A stretch of DNA of 64,000 bases, taken from the NCBI RefSeq assembly GCF_018350175.1, contig NC_058383.1, positions 16,680,001 to 16,744,000 on the forward strand. The letters are read 5' to 3'. The first letter of the stretch is position 1. The number at the start of each line of letters is the position of its first letter. The notes beneath the pieces were generated by a model, which was given only the letters and a program-made list of their open reading frames with translations, ran no database searches and had not been told where the DNA came from. Origin of the DNA: Felis catus (taxonomy: Eukaryota). Positions 14,701 through 28,311 of the stretch are shown piece after piece. Position numbers and translations under genes: made by a program.

Positions 14701-17700
14701 CTTTTTTGAGAAATGTTCTGCATGGAATCTGCTCAAAGCCACTGTCTGAGAGTCATATCATCTTCTTTCATGTTGGTTTCAGAGCTGTGTGGCCATCCAG
14801 AAACCTAGGGTGTGTGAAGGTCCAAGGGTGAATGCTTTGGGTAGGCTAAGGCAGAGATTAGGGGATGATACTACATCCCCTGTGGGGCAAGAGAAAGGGA
14901 AGATAGATATTTCGTTCCTAGATTTGAAACATGCCCATTTGAAATATAAAACCGACTCACCTCATAGTCATTCCTATCCCATCACTACTTTTCTAACTTG
15001 GTGTCATTTCACACTCCAAGACCATAGGGATGTCACTTACACAACCAGGGTCCAAGGATTGGTGACGACATTCTAGTCAGTTCCTGAGTCAATGGAGGAC
15101 TATTGGAGTCTGCTATCCCAGAGGACTCCTAACCCTCCTGTCCCTGATTGCCCAGTGCTTAGCAGGCTACAGTTATTGTGGGAATGTTTAGCCACTTAAC
15201 TCCCGCCCATAACTGATAGAGATAGCCTCATTCTGAAGAAAAGTCTCTGCACGTGCAGTACACTCCAAGACCTGATCAGCACACGAATTGCCTTTTGAAG
15301 AAATAGTGCACCAAGGCCTGTCCCCACCACTTGGTCATCAGATGGAAACACATACTTCGTACCCCAGAATCACCCCTGCCCCTATCTACTGACCTGACAG
15401 GCAGAAGCATGCTGAAACCAAAGGTGTCCCTCTCTTTCTGAAGGTAGAATGTGGGCCTCTTGCTCACAGGGACCCAAGAGACATCCTGTAGAGGACTCCA
15501 TAGTCAAATCCCACAAAACTCTGAAGAACTCTGGCCTGCAAGTATCCATTTTCACATTGCTTTATTATCAATCTACATTTTTCTTGGGGTGCCTCAAATT
15601 CAGTCTTTCAGAGTAATATCTTCTGCTTGTAAATGTCCAATCTGGTCTGCCCCTTGTGACTGTGAAATAGATTGAGCCAAAGTGCTGCTGGCATTTTGGT
15701 TTCACTACTATGTGGACATCCAGAGCCCTAAGGGATTGGAAGAAATCTAGCTGAGAACTGTTTGTGTGGAAGCTAACCCAGAGGTATTAGGAGGGAGGTG
15801 CCCACTTTCTGGGCTGAGGGGAAATGAAGTTACACATCTCCTCTTCACATTGATCACATTCTCATTGGATGGACAAGGCAAAATAACTTTGGTCCCCTGT
15901 GCAGCCATTCCCCTCCCCTTCCTGCACCTATGACTGTCTTTCTTCACCCTTTGGAGCCAAGAAGCTGGCACTCACTCAGCCAGCACCAAGGGATGGGTGA
16001 ATTGTTCCCACTCTGTCCTGCCCTCAGTGATATCACCATCTAATATCCCAAAGGAGAATAGCCCTCCTATCCCTGAGCTTGGTGGTTGGTCTCTCTGGAA
16101 TAGGAGTGGGGTGGGGCAGTGTGGGGGTAGCTTGCCTCATTACCCTGTCTGATTGTGGTGACTTGATCCTGAATCCAGTTCCATAGAAGCAGTAGACTCA
16201 GGAACTGGTCAGCAAAGAAAGAGTCCTTTAGAAGAATATGGCAGCAATGCCCACCGTCACTCACAGCTGCAGCACAGTCATTGTTCACCCTATTCCCCGA
16301 TGGGAAAAGCAACAAAAACAGACAAAGATTCAGGGATATTCAGGTTCTTCTGAAAGAAGACAGGCCTGTTGCTGACAGGGCACCCACGTGGATATGTAGA
16401 AGGCTTTTTCCCCTAAGCCCTCAAGTGTTTCTTCTTTTTCACGCTGCTAGGTTGTTAGGAGCTCGTGCTGGGCACTGCCTTCTCCACATAGTTCCCTTCC
16501 AATCTCTGAAGAGCACTTGTTTTCTGTATACATCCTTACACTTCTTTGCACATTTTTTAGAATAATGTTCTTCCCTGAATCCATTCAGAGAGAGTCTCAG
16601 AGTCATCCTCTGCCCTTAACCTGGGAGTTGGGTCCAGTCCTTGTGACTGTGGGAGAGGTTTTGGAACAGGGCCCACTCTTAACTAATTAATTTGGTTTCA
16701 GAATTATGTGGATATCCACATAGTGAAATTGCCCAGCAGAGGAAGTTTGTGTGCAGGGTGGGCCAGGTCTTTGGGGAAGATAGCTGGCCTCCTCTCTGGG
16801 CTGAGGAGAAATGAAGTTAGACAGCTCCCTTTCAAGTTGATCTCAATTTCCTTTGGAAATGTTGAGCGTTAGCCATTCTTGAGCCCAGTCTTTTTCACTT
16901 GCTGTATTGCTAAATAGGTTTTTCCCCCCTCCCTTAAAAGCCATGGAGCTGTCATTCATTCAGCTGGCACTTCAGGGTAAGCAGAGCGCTATCACTCTGC
17001 TCCTGTGATCACTTAAAGCCAGCACATTCTGCTCTACTATAGGAAAGATGGTCTTTGGTCCATGAGTAATTAGTGCTTGGGTTGCTGGGGTATGGAAGAC
17101 TAAGGGGAGCCAGCATAATTAGTTCACCTGGTTGATGGAGTTGCCTTAGGTCTGAACAGCAGACAGTTTGCACATGGGAATTATGGATGAGGAGGTGGTC
17201 TACACATGAAAGAGCCCTTTCCAGGAATAGGGAAGGAAGTCCTTGTACCAGACTCCTGAACAAGAGCAGGAGAACCCAATAGCTACATCTCAATCAATGC
17301 TGCCTCCATTAACTGACAGAGAAAGTGCGACAGACAGACAAAGCCATAATTTCTGGATTCTAAAGACAGAATGCAGGCTTCTTGCTGACAGGGCTTCCAA
17401 GTGTAGCACTGTAGAGGGTTCCCTTTGCCAAAGACCACACGCATTTCTCATTCCAGATATAACCAGGTTGATAGGAGACTGTTCTGGGTATTTCATCCTC
17501 CACATTCTCCAAATCAGATGTGTGATGAATAATTGGCAGTGCGTGTCTCCATTTCTATCCCTTAGCCCATTTTTTGAAAAATGGTTCTGCATGGAATCTA
17601 TTCAGAGACAGTGTCTTAGAGTACTAACATCTTCTTTCAGCTTGGGAGTCTGGTGGTGTCCTTATGATGGTGTTCTAGGTATTGCATTGGACGCTTCTCA

Positions 17701-20700
17701 ATTTGGTTTCAGAATTATGTGGCCATCCCCAAACCTAGATTGTGTAAAGATGCCCAGGGAGAATGCTTGTGGATGGGCTAAGCCAGAGGGTAGGAGCGGA
17801 TCCCAACTCCTGTGTGGGATAAGAGGAAAAGAAGATAGCTCTGCTATTTTGATTTGACCCTTGCCCATTGGAATGCAGAACTTTGACTCACCTGTAGTCA
17901 TTCCTATCCCATTGTTGCTTTTCTGACTTGGTGTCAGTTCATACTCCAAGATCATGGGTGTCAGTTCACACTCCAAGATCATTAGGCAACCAAGGTCCAG
18001 AGATTGGAGGCAAGTTTGCAGGCAGTTCCTGAACCAATGGAGTCATCTCAGAGTCTGATATCCCAGAAGACAGCTAGTCCTCGTGTCCCTGAAACCTTGA
18101 TGCTTACCAGGCTACAGTATTCATGGGGATGGGTAGCCACATGGATCCCTGACCCTAATTGATGAAGATACCGACATTCAGAAAAAACAATCTGTGCATA
18201 TACAGTATGCTCCATGACCTGATCAGTGCACAAAAGGCCCTTGAATATATAATGCACCATCGCCCCATTCCCACCTTTTTACCATCACATGGAAGCACAT
18301 TCTTCATATCTCAGAGTCACTGCTGCCCCTACTTACTGATGCTATGGGCAGAATCACTGCAAAAGACAAAGTTTCACTCTTTTCCTTAAGGTAGTATGTC
18401 AGTCTCTTGCTCACAGGGTTTCAGGTGGCATCTTTTGGAGTACTCTTGTAACCAAAGCCCACAAAAAGTTCTTCTGATTCTTGAGGAAGTGAGCTTGCTA
18501 ACAAACTGTGCTAGTCAGTTTATTCTAAACATTATCAATTCTCATCCTTAATGAAGAACTCTGGTCCTCCATTTATCACTTTTTGTGACATTTCACTTTT
18601 ATCTATCAAGGATTCTTTTGGGATACATATAAATTCGGTATTTCAGATAATATCCTCAGGTTGCAAATATCCAATCTGCATTAACCCTTGTGAACATGGG
18701 GCAGATTGTGCCAAAGCGAACCTGGAGTCTTTGTTTCATGACTTCATGGGCATCCAGAGCCCTTGAGCATTGGAAGGGTCCAGCTGAGAACTGTTTGTGG
18801 TGGAACCTGGGCCTGAGGTGTTAGGGGGATCTGGCCCCATCGCTGGGCACAGGAGAAATGATGCTAAACTTCTCCTTTCCACATAGATCACATTCCCATT
18901 GGATGGAAATATTGAAAGAATTTGATTCTCCATTCAGCCACTCCCTTATCCTTACTGTATTTCGGACTATGTGTTTTCTTACCCTTGGGAGCCAGGGAGC
19001 TGGCACTCACTCAGAGGGCACCAAGGGATTGTCACCGGGTTCCCATTCTGCTCACACTCCAAGACAGTCATCAGCATTGGATTTCTCAAAGGAGAATGCC
19101 CTCTTATCCCTGAGCTTGGTGCTTGACTATTTGTAGAAAAGGGTGGCGGGAATGGAGGCAGCTTGCTTCATTGACCTGGCAGAATGAGATTCCGTCATTC
19201 TGAAAATCAGAGAGTTCACACTGCAGCCATACACTCCACAAGCTGGTCAGTGGAAAAGGATCCCTTTCCTGAAGATGGCACCAATGCCTGTTTCCACACT
19301 TTTGAGCAACAGCTGGTGGCACCTCACAGTCAATGCACAGTCACTGATCACTCTATTCCCTGATGGGAAAAGTAAGAAAAGCAGACAAAGCCCCAGGGCT
19401 CTCAGGGTCCTTCTGAAGGAAGGAGCCAGGCCTGTTGCTGACCGAGCTCCCGGATGGAGACTGTAGAGACCTCCTTCACTAATCCCTCAGGTGTTTCTTC
19501 TTCTTCAGACAGCCAGGTTGCCATAACTGGTGCTGACAAGTTGCTTCTCCACACAATTCCCCTTCCATTCACCAAAGTACTCTGGTCTTCCTTATACATC
19601 TTTACACATCATTGCTCCTTTGTAGAAACAAGTTCTCCCTGGAATCTGTTCAGTGTTTCAGAGTCATATCCTCTGCCTCCCACGATGGAGTCTGTTTCTA
19701 GTCCTTATGACTGTGGGAGGGATTTTGCCACAGGGCTCCATCTTGATTACTCAACTGGGTTTGTAAAGTATGTGGACATCCAGAGGCCCAGGGCATTTGA
19801 AGGTGTCCAGCAGAAAATGTTTGTAGGTAGCCTGAGCCAGGGAAGGGAGCTGACGTCTTCCAGGTCTGAGGGGGAAATGCAGTAAGACATCTCATCAAGT
19901 TGGTAATAATTCCCACTTGAAATATCAAGGTTGTCCCTCCTTGTATCAATTCCATTCCCTATGCTGAATTTTTGACTATCTTCCTTAGGAGACATGGCGC
20001 CACTACTCACAGAGCTGGCAGGCACTCCTGCATAGATCACAAACTCCCACTCTGCCTGTACTCAGTGAGAATTATCAGTGTCTTCCCTACCAAAGGAAAG
20101 ATGGCCCTTAGTCCCTGAGCTTTTGGTTTTTTGCCTAGTGTGGTATGGAAGGTGAAGGGGAGCTAGCATGACTCACTCTCCAATATGATTTTGTTGTATT
20201 CATTCTGAGAAGCAGTTTTCACATGGGCCATATGGACCAGGAGGTGGTCAACACAGGACAAGCCCTTTCCAGGAATTGGGAACCAAGTCCTTGTTCCAGA
20301 CACCTGAACAATACCCACCAGAATCAACTAGCTACAGATCCACCAGTGCTGCCTGAACATGGAAAAGTGGGAGGGATATACAACGCCAGACATCTCTGGT
20401 CCTAAATAAAGAATACAAGCTTCTTGCTTACAGGGCTCTTAGGTGTGTCCCACAGAGGGCTCACTTTGCCTAAGGCCACAGGCATTTCTTATCTCGGATA
20501 CAACTAGGTTGATAGGAGACTGTGCTGGGTACTTCATTGTCAACATTCTCCAAATTTCATGTGTGATGAAGAATTCTGGGAGTGTGTGTCTCCATTTCCA
20601 CCACTTAGTCCTTTTTTTTTTTTTTTTTTTTTTTTTTTTGGAAAATGGATCTGCACGGAATCTTTTCAGAGCCAATGTCTTAGAGTACTATCATCTTCTT

Positions 20701-23700
20701 TCTGTTTCTGAGACTAGTGGTGTCCTTGTGATGGTGATTTAGTTATTACATTGGGACTTTCTCCTTTTGGTGTCAGAATTCTGTGCCCATTTCCAAACCT
20801 AGGGTGTGTGAAGGTTCCCAGGGAGGATGCTTGTGGGTGGGCAAAGCCAGAATTTTAGAAGGATCACACCTCCTGTAACTTTGTACTTATTCCTTTCTCA
20901 TTGCTGTGTTTCTAACTGGGTTTCAGTTAACACTCCAAAATCATGGGGCTGCCTGATACACAACCAAGGTCCAAGGATTGGAGGTGAGTTTCCAGGCTGT
21001 TTCTCAGCCATGGAGGATTCTCAGAGTCTAATATTCCAGAGGACACCTAGCCCTCCTGTTACTGAGCATTCAGTGCTTATCAGGCTGCAGTAATCATTAG
21101 AATGGGTAGCCACATGACCCCCCTCCACACACACACACACATACTAATTGTAAGAGATGCCCTCATTTTGAAGAAAAGGTAGTATGTGCATGTGCAGTGT
21201 GCTCCATGCAAAAAGTCTTTTTGAATAAATGCTGCACAAAGGCCTCATTCCCACCTCTTGATCATCACATGGAAGCACATCATATCTCAGAGTCACTGAT
21301 GCCCCTATCTACTGATACAATGGAATCACTGGAAAAGTCAAAGTTTCCTTAAGGTAGAATGTGGGTCTCTTGCTCACAGGACTCCAAGTGGCATCCTTGG
21401 GAGTACTCCTTCAGCCAAAGCCCACAAAAGATTCTTCTGATTCCTGAGGAAGCTAGCTTGCTAATATATTGTTGTAGTCCGTTTATTCTAAACGTTATGC
21501 CATTTTCCTCCTTAATGAAGAACTCTGGCCTTTTGTGTATCAAGCTTCATCACCTTTATTTTCTATCCATCAAGGATCTTCTTGGGATACATACAAATGC
21601 AGTATTTCAGAGTATTATCCTCAGCTTGAAAGTGTCCAATCTGGACCAGCCCTTGTGACTGTGGAACAGGTTAAGTCAAAGGGGCACTGGCATTTTGCTT
21701 TCACGACTAAATGGACATTCAGAGCCCTAGAGCATTGGAAGTGGTCCAGCCAAGAACTGTTTATGTGGAGGGTGGACCAGAGATTTTAGGGGGGGAGCTG
21801 TCCTCATTTCTGGGCCCTGGGGAGTTGAAGTTCAATATCTCATTTCCACTTTGATCACATTCTGACTGGATGGGAATATTGAATGAACTTTGGTCCTCCC
21901 TGCAGCCATTAGTTTTCCCTTATTATATTTCTGACTATGTCTTTGTTCAGCCTTAGAAGTCCTGGATCACACTCACTCAGGGGGTACCAAGCGATGGGCA
22001 TCAGGATCCCACTCTGTCCTGTGCTCAGTAATAGCCATCAGCATGGGATATACCAAAGAAGAATAGGCCTCCTCTCCCTGAGCTTGGTGTTTGGCTGTTT
22101 GTAGCAAGGTGTGGGAGGAGGGGAGATAGCTTGGCTCATTGCCCTGCCTGCTTATGGTGCCATCCTTCTGAAAAGCAGACAGTTCACACAGGAGCAATAG
22201 GCTCCCAGAAGCTGGTGAGCACTGAACAAGCCATTTACAGGAAGATAGCACCAGTTCCCACTTTCACACTTTGAAGAAACATTTGGGGGCACTTTACAGC
22301 TAACACACACTCACTGCTCACTCCATTTCTGGTTGGGAAAAGAAGGGAAGGCAGTAAAAGCTCCAGAGCTAACCAAGTCCTTCTGAAGGAAGAAGACAGG
22401 CCTTTGATGACAGGTCTCCCAGGTGGAGAATGTAGAGGGCTCTTTGGCTAAGCTTTCAGGTGTTTCTTCTTCTCACAGCCAGGTTGCCAGGAGCTGGTGT
22501 TGTGCTGTTCCATTTTCACCTAATTCCCATTCTATTTACATAAGAGCTCTGGATTTCCTTATACATCTTTACACATCTTTGCTCTTTTGTAGAAAGGTCT
22601 TCCAAGAATCCATTCAAAGTCAGTGTCTGGTACTTATATTGTCTGCCTTTCACCTGGGAGCCAGGTCCAGTCCTTCTGACTGTGGAAGAGATTTTTGCCA
22701 CAGGGCTATCTCTTAATTACTTAAGTGGGTTTCAGATGTATGTGGACATCCAGCAGTCCTGAACATTTGAAGTTGCCCAGCAGAGGATGTTTGTGTGCAG
22801 GCTGGGCCAGAGGTTTGGGGAGGGAGCTGGCCTCCTTCTGTACCACGGGGAAATGAAGTAAGAGTTCTACTTTCCATCTTGATCCCAATTCCCATTGGAA
22901 ATGTCGAACTTTCTGTGTTCATGCACCCATTCCCTTTCCCTTACTGTATTTTTGACTATGCTGGGTTTTTTCTCCCTTAGGAACATGGAGCCATCACTAA
23001 CTCAGATGGCACGACTGGGTACAAACTGCCACTCTGGTCCTGTACTCAGTGAGATTATCAGTGTCTGCTCCAACAAAGATAAAACTGGCCCTGAGTCCCT
23101 GAGTGCCTGGTCGTTGGCCTGGTGTAGGTTGGAAAGTGAAGGGTAGCCAGATTGATTCATTCACATATATGATTAAGCTGCCATAATTCTGAGAAGGAGA
23201 GAGTTTTAACATGGGCAGTATGGACCAGGAGGTGGCAAACATAATAGAGGCCTTTCCAGGAATAGGAAACAAAGTCCTTCTTCCAGACTCCTAAATAAGA
23301 GCCAGCAGAACCCAATAGCTACAGCTCAACCATTGCTGCCTCCATCAACTGATGGAAAAATTGGGAGGGACAGACAAGCCAGACACCTCTGGCTCCTAAA
23401 GAAAGAGTGCAGGCTTTTTGCTGACAGGACTCCCAGGTTTGGTCCTTCAGAGGGCTCTCTTTGCCTAAGGTCAGAGGCATTTCCTTTTCCAGATACAAGC
23501 AAGATGATATAAGACTGTGCTGACTACTTCATTGTCAACATTATCCATACCTCATGTGTGATGAACTCTAGCAGTGAGTGTATCCATTTCCACCCCTTAG
23601 CCCTTATTTGAAAAATGGTCTGCATGGAATCTTTTCAGAGCCAATGTCTTAGAATACTATCCTCTCCTTTCAGCTTGGGAGTGTCCTTGTCATGGTGATT

Positions 23701-24151
23701 TAATTATTGTATTGGGCATTTTCAATTTGGCTTCAGAATCATGTGGCCATCTCCAAACCTAGGGTGTGTGAAGGTGCCCAGGGAGAATGCTTGTAGGAAG
23801 ATTAAGCAAGAGATTAATGGAAAGTCCTTCTCCCATTTGGGAGAAGAGTAAGGCAAGATAAATATCTCCTTCCTTGATTTGACCCATGCTTATTGGAATG
23901 CAGCACTTTGAGTCATTTTGTAGTCAGTCCTATCTCATAGCTGCTTTTCTAACAGGGTGTCATTTACATTCCAAGACCATGTGACTTTCCCATACACAAC
24001 CAAGGTCCAAGGATTGGAGGTGAGTTTCCAGGCTGTTTCTGAGTCAATGTGCATCTTATATCCCTTAGGGAATGGCCCTCTTGTCCCTGAGCCCTCACTT
24101 GGTAGCAGGCTACAAAAATCATGGGAATGAGTAGCCACATGGATTCCCACC
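11797..24151 (+). repeat. Tandem array of a ~1-kb monomer (about 12.5 copies) with ~3-kb trimeric higher-order structure
   Basis: Anchor ttcagaa..tgtggacatccagag at ~11820, 12837, 13832, 14778, 15701, 16698, 17708, 18735, 19761, 20773, 21700, 22731, 23732. Confidence 0.93.
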
Positions 24152-24368
24152 TGCCGGAGTCCAGCTCCAGCACGTCCAGGGGTGCCAAAAGGATGAATGG
24201 CATTGCGAAAAAGTGAAAAAAATAAAATAAAAATAAAATGGATACAGACAACAGCAGTGTGTTAGACTGGCCGCTTTATTGTAGCATGCGTGGCATTATA
24301 TTTGTTGGCAAATTCCTTGTATCATGCATTATCTATGTTTCTTGGCATTACCTAATTCTAAAAATATT
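24152..24368 (-). mobile_element. 3' part of an ERV LTR (class II/ERVK-like end)
   Basis: Minus strand ends ...gctggagctggactccggCA; AATAAA on minus strand at 24275-24280; interrupts a 1-kb monomer abruptly. Confidence 0.7.
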
Positions 24369-27367
24369 CCTTTGGGGATGTGTCGAGTAAGAGATTGCTA
24401 CGGCTGAGGTCAGAGAGGTCTTTTCCTGCTTTCTCCTCTAAGGTTTTGATGGTTTCCTGTCTCACATTTAGGTCCTTTATCCATTTGGAGTTTATTTTTG
24501 TGAATGGTGTGAGAAAGTGGTCTAGTTTCAACCTTCTGCATGTTGCTGTCCAGTTCTCCCAGCACCATTTGTTAAAGAGGCTGTCTTTTTTCCATTGGAT
24601 GTTCTTTCCTGCTTTGTCAAAGATGAGTTGGCCATACGTTTGTGGGTCTAGTTCTGGGGTTTCTATTCTGTTCCATTGGTCTATGTGTCTGTTTTTGTGC
24701 CAATACCATGCTGTCTTGATGATTACAGCTTTGTAGTAGAGGCTAAAGCCTGGGATTGTGATGCCTCCTGCTTTGGTCTTCTTCTTCAAAATTCCTTTGG
24801 CTATTCGGGGCCTTTTGTGGTCCCATATGAATTTTAGGATTGCTTGTTCTAGTTTCGAGAAGAATGCTGGTGCAATTTTGATTGGGATTGCATCGAATGT
24901 GTAGATAGCTTTGGGTAGTATTGACATTTTGACAAGATTTATTTTTCCAATCCATGAGCAGGGAATGTCTTTCCATTTCTTTAAATCTTCTTCAATTTCC
25001 TTCATAAGCTTTCTATAGTTTTCAGCATACAGATCCTTTACATCTTTGGTTAGATTTATTCCCAGGTATTTTATGCTTCTTGGTGCAATTGTGAATGGGA
25101 TCAGTTTCTTTATTTGTCTTTCTGTTGCTTCATTGTTAGTGTATAAGAATGCAACTGATTTCTGTACATTGATTTTGTATCCTGCAACTTTGCTGAATTC
25201 CTGTATCAGTTCTAGCAGACTTTTGGTGGAGTCTATCGGATTTTCCATGTATAATATCATGTCATCTGCAAAAAGCGAAAGCTTGACTTCATCTTTGCCA
25301 ATTTTGATGCCTTTGATTTCCTTTTGTTGTCTGATTGCTGATGCTAGAACTTCCAGCACTATATTAAACAGCAGCGGTGAGAGTGGGCATCCCTGTCGTG
25401 TTCCTGATCTCAGGGAGAAAGCTCTGTTTTTCCCCATTGAGGATGATGTTAGCTGTGGGCTTTTCATAAATGGCTTTTATGATCTTTAAGTATGTTCCTT
25501 CTATCCCGACTTTCTCAAGGGTTTTTATTAAGAAAGGGTGCGGAATTTTGTCAAAGGCCTTTTCTGCATTGATTGACAGGATCATATGTTTCTTCTCCTT
25601 TTTTTTGTTAATGTGATGTATCACGTTGATTGATTTGCGAATGTTGAACCAGCCCTGCATCCCAGGAATGAATCCCACTTGATCATGGTGAATAATTCTT
25701 TTTATATGCCGTTGAATTCTATTTGCTAGTATCTTATTGAGAATTTTTGCATCCATATTCATCAGGGATATTGGCCTGTAGTTCTCTTTTTTTACTGGGT
25801 CTCTGTCTGGTTTAGGAATCAAAGTAATACTGGCTTCATAGAATGAGTCTGGAAGTTTTCCTTCCCTTTCTATTTCTTGGAATAGCTTGAGAAGGATAGG
25901 TATTATCTCTGCTTTAAACGTCTGGTAGAACTCCCCTGGGAAGCCATCTGGTCCTGGACTCTTATTTGTTGGGAGATTTTTGATAACCGATTCAATTTCT
26001 TCGCTGGTTATGGGTCTGTTCAAGCTTTCTATTTCCTCCTGATTGAGTTTTGGAAGAGTGTGGGTGTTCAGGAATTTGTCCATTTCTTCCAGGTTGTCCA
26101 ATTTGTTGGCATATAATTTTTCATAGTATTCCCTGATAATTGTTTGTATCTCTGAGGGGTTGGTTGTAATAATTCCATTTTCATTCATGATTTTATCTAT
26201 TTGGGTCATCTCCCTTTTCTTTTTGAGAAGCCTGGCTAGAGGTTTGTCAATTTTGTTTATTTTTTCAAAAAACCAACTCTTGGTTTCATTGATCTGCTCT
26301 ACAGTTTTTTTAGATTCTATAGTGTTTATTTCTGCTCTGATCTTTATTATTTCTCTTCTTCTGCTGGGTTTAGGCTGCCTTTGCTGTTCTGCTTCTAGTT
26401 CCTTTAGGTGTGCTGTTAGATTTTGTATTTGGGATTTTTCTTGTTTCTTGAGATAGGCCTGGATTGCAATGTATTTTCCTCTCAGGACTGCCTTCGCTGC
26501 ATCCCAAAGCGTTTGGATTGTTGTATTTTCATTTTCGTTTGTTTCCATATATTTTTTAATTTCTTCTCTAATTACCTGGTTGACCCACTCATTCGTTAGT
26601 AGGGTGTTCTTTAACCTCCATGCTTTTGGAGGTTTTCCAGACTTTTTTCTGTGGTTGATTTCAAGCTTCATAGCATTGTGGTCTGAAAGTATGCATGGTA
26701 TAATTTCAATTCTTGTAAACTTATGAAGGGCTGTTTTGTGACCCAGTATATGATCTATCTTGGAGAATGTTCCATGTGCACTCCTCGAGAAGAAAGTATA
26801 TTCTGTTGCTTTGGGATGCAGAGTTCTAAATATATCTGTCAAGTCCATCCGATCCAATGTCTCATTCAGGGCCCTTGTTTCTTTATTGACCGTGTGTCTA
26901 GATGATCTGTCCGTTTCTGTAAGTGGGGTGTTAAAGTCCCCTGCAATTACCACATTCTTATCAGTAAGGTAGCTTATGTTTATGAGTAATTGTTTTATAT
27001 ATTTGGGGGCTCCAGTATTCGGCACATAGACATTTATAATTGTTAGCTCTTCCTGATGGATAGACCCTGTAACTATTATATAATGTCCTTCTTCATCTCT
27101 TGTTACAGCCTTTAATTTAAAGTCTAGTTTGTCTGATATAAGTATGGCTACTCCAGCTTTCTTTTGGCTTCCAGTCGCATGATAAATAGTTCTCCATCCC
27201 CTCACTCTCAATCTAAAGGTGTCCTCAGGTCTAAAATGAGTCTCTTGTAGACAGCAAATAGATGGGTCTTGTTTTTTTATCCATTCTGATACCCTATGTC
27301 TTTTGGTTGGAGCATTTAATCCATTTACATTCAGTGTTATTATAGAAAGATATGGGTTTAGAGTCAT
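24369..27367 (-). pseudogene. L1 ORF2p (endonuclease + reverse transcriptase), frameshifted and truncated
   Basis: [18 protein letters not shown]...SDH EN domain; frameshift near 25430 (NGEK/RAF); second frame 25467-24358 carries QGCPLSP and FADD; Cys-rich C-terminus missing. Confidence 0.95.
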
Positions 27368-27417
27368 TGTGATGTCTGTATGTTTTATGCTTGTAGTGAT
27401 GTCTCTGGTACTTTGTC

Positions 27418-28311
27418 TCACAGGGTCCCCCTTAGGATCTCTTGTAGGGCTGGTTTAGTGGTGACAAATTCCTTCAGTTTTTGTTTGTTTGGGAAGACCT
27501 TTATCTCTCCTTCTATTCTAAATGACAGACTTGCTGGATAAAGGATTCTCGGCTGCATATTTTTTCTGTCTAGCACCCTGAAAATCTCGTGCCAATTCTT
27601 TCTGGCCTGCCAAGTTTCAAAAGAGAGATCAGTCATGAGTCTTATAGGTCTCCCTTTATATGTGAGGGCACGTTTACCCCTTGCTGCTTTCAGAATTTTC
27701 TCTTTATCCTTGTATTTTGCCAGTTTCACTATGATATGTCGTGCAGAAGATCGATTCAAGTTACGTCTGAAGGGAGTTCTCTGTGCCTCTTGGATTTCAA
27801 TGCCTTCTTCCTTCCCCAGTTCAGGGAAGTTCTCAGCTATTATTTCTTCAAGTACCCCTTCAGCACCTTTCCCTCTCTCTTCCTCCTCTGGGATACCAAT
27901 TATGCGTATATTATTTCTTTTTAGTGTATCACTTAGTTCTCTAATTTTCCCCTCATACTCCTGGATTTTTTTATCTCTCTTTTTCTCAGCTTCCTCTTTT
28001 TCCATAACTTTATCTTCTAGTTCACCTATTCTCTCCTCTGCCTCTTCAAGCCGAGCTGTGGTGGTTTCCATTTTGTTATGCATTTCGTTTAAAGCGTTTT
28101 TCAGCTCCTCGTGACTGTTCCTTAGTCCCTTGATCTCTGTAGCAAGAGATTCTCTGCTGTCCTGTATACAGTTTTCAAGCCCAGTGATTAATTTTATGAC
28201 TATTATTCTAAATTCACTTTCTGTTATATTATTTAAATCCTTTTTGATCAGCTCACTAGCTGTTGTTATTTCCTGGAGATTCTTCTGAGGGGAATTCTTC
28301 CGCTTGGTCAT
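27418..28311 (-). CDS. L1 ORF1p (RNA-binding/chaperone), intact, 297 aa
   Basis: ATG at 28311 ([10 protein letters not shown]), coiled coil, [36 protein letters not shown] motifs; no stops. Confidence 0.95.
   Translation of the reverse strand: MTKRKNSPQKNLQEITTASELIKKDLNNITESEFRIIVIKLITGLENCIQDSRESLATEIKGLRNSHEELKNALNEMHNKMETTTARLEEAEERIGELEDKVMEKEEAEKKRDKKIQEYEGKIRELSDTLKRNNIRIIGIPEEEERGKGAEGVLEEIIAENFPELGKEEGIEIQEAQRTPFRRNLNRSSARHIIVKLAKYKDKEKILKAARGKRALTYKGRPIRLMTDLSFETWQARKNWHEIFRVLDRKNMQPRILYPASLSFRIEGEIKVFPNKQKLKEFVTTKPALQEILRGTL

Noticed and set aside
11797..24151. Tandem C/D snoRNA or miRNA cluster (SNORD115/116, SNORD113/114, miR-506-514 type)
   Set aside because: gtgatga appears in only some monomers (~17522, 20563, 23558) with no consistent terminal stem or D box; I found no known mature sequence or conserved long hairpin. 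An Infernal/Rfam scan would settle it
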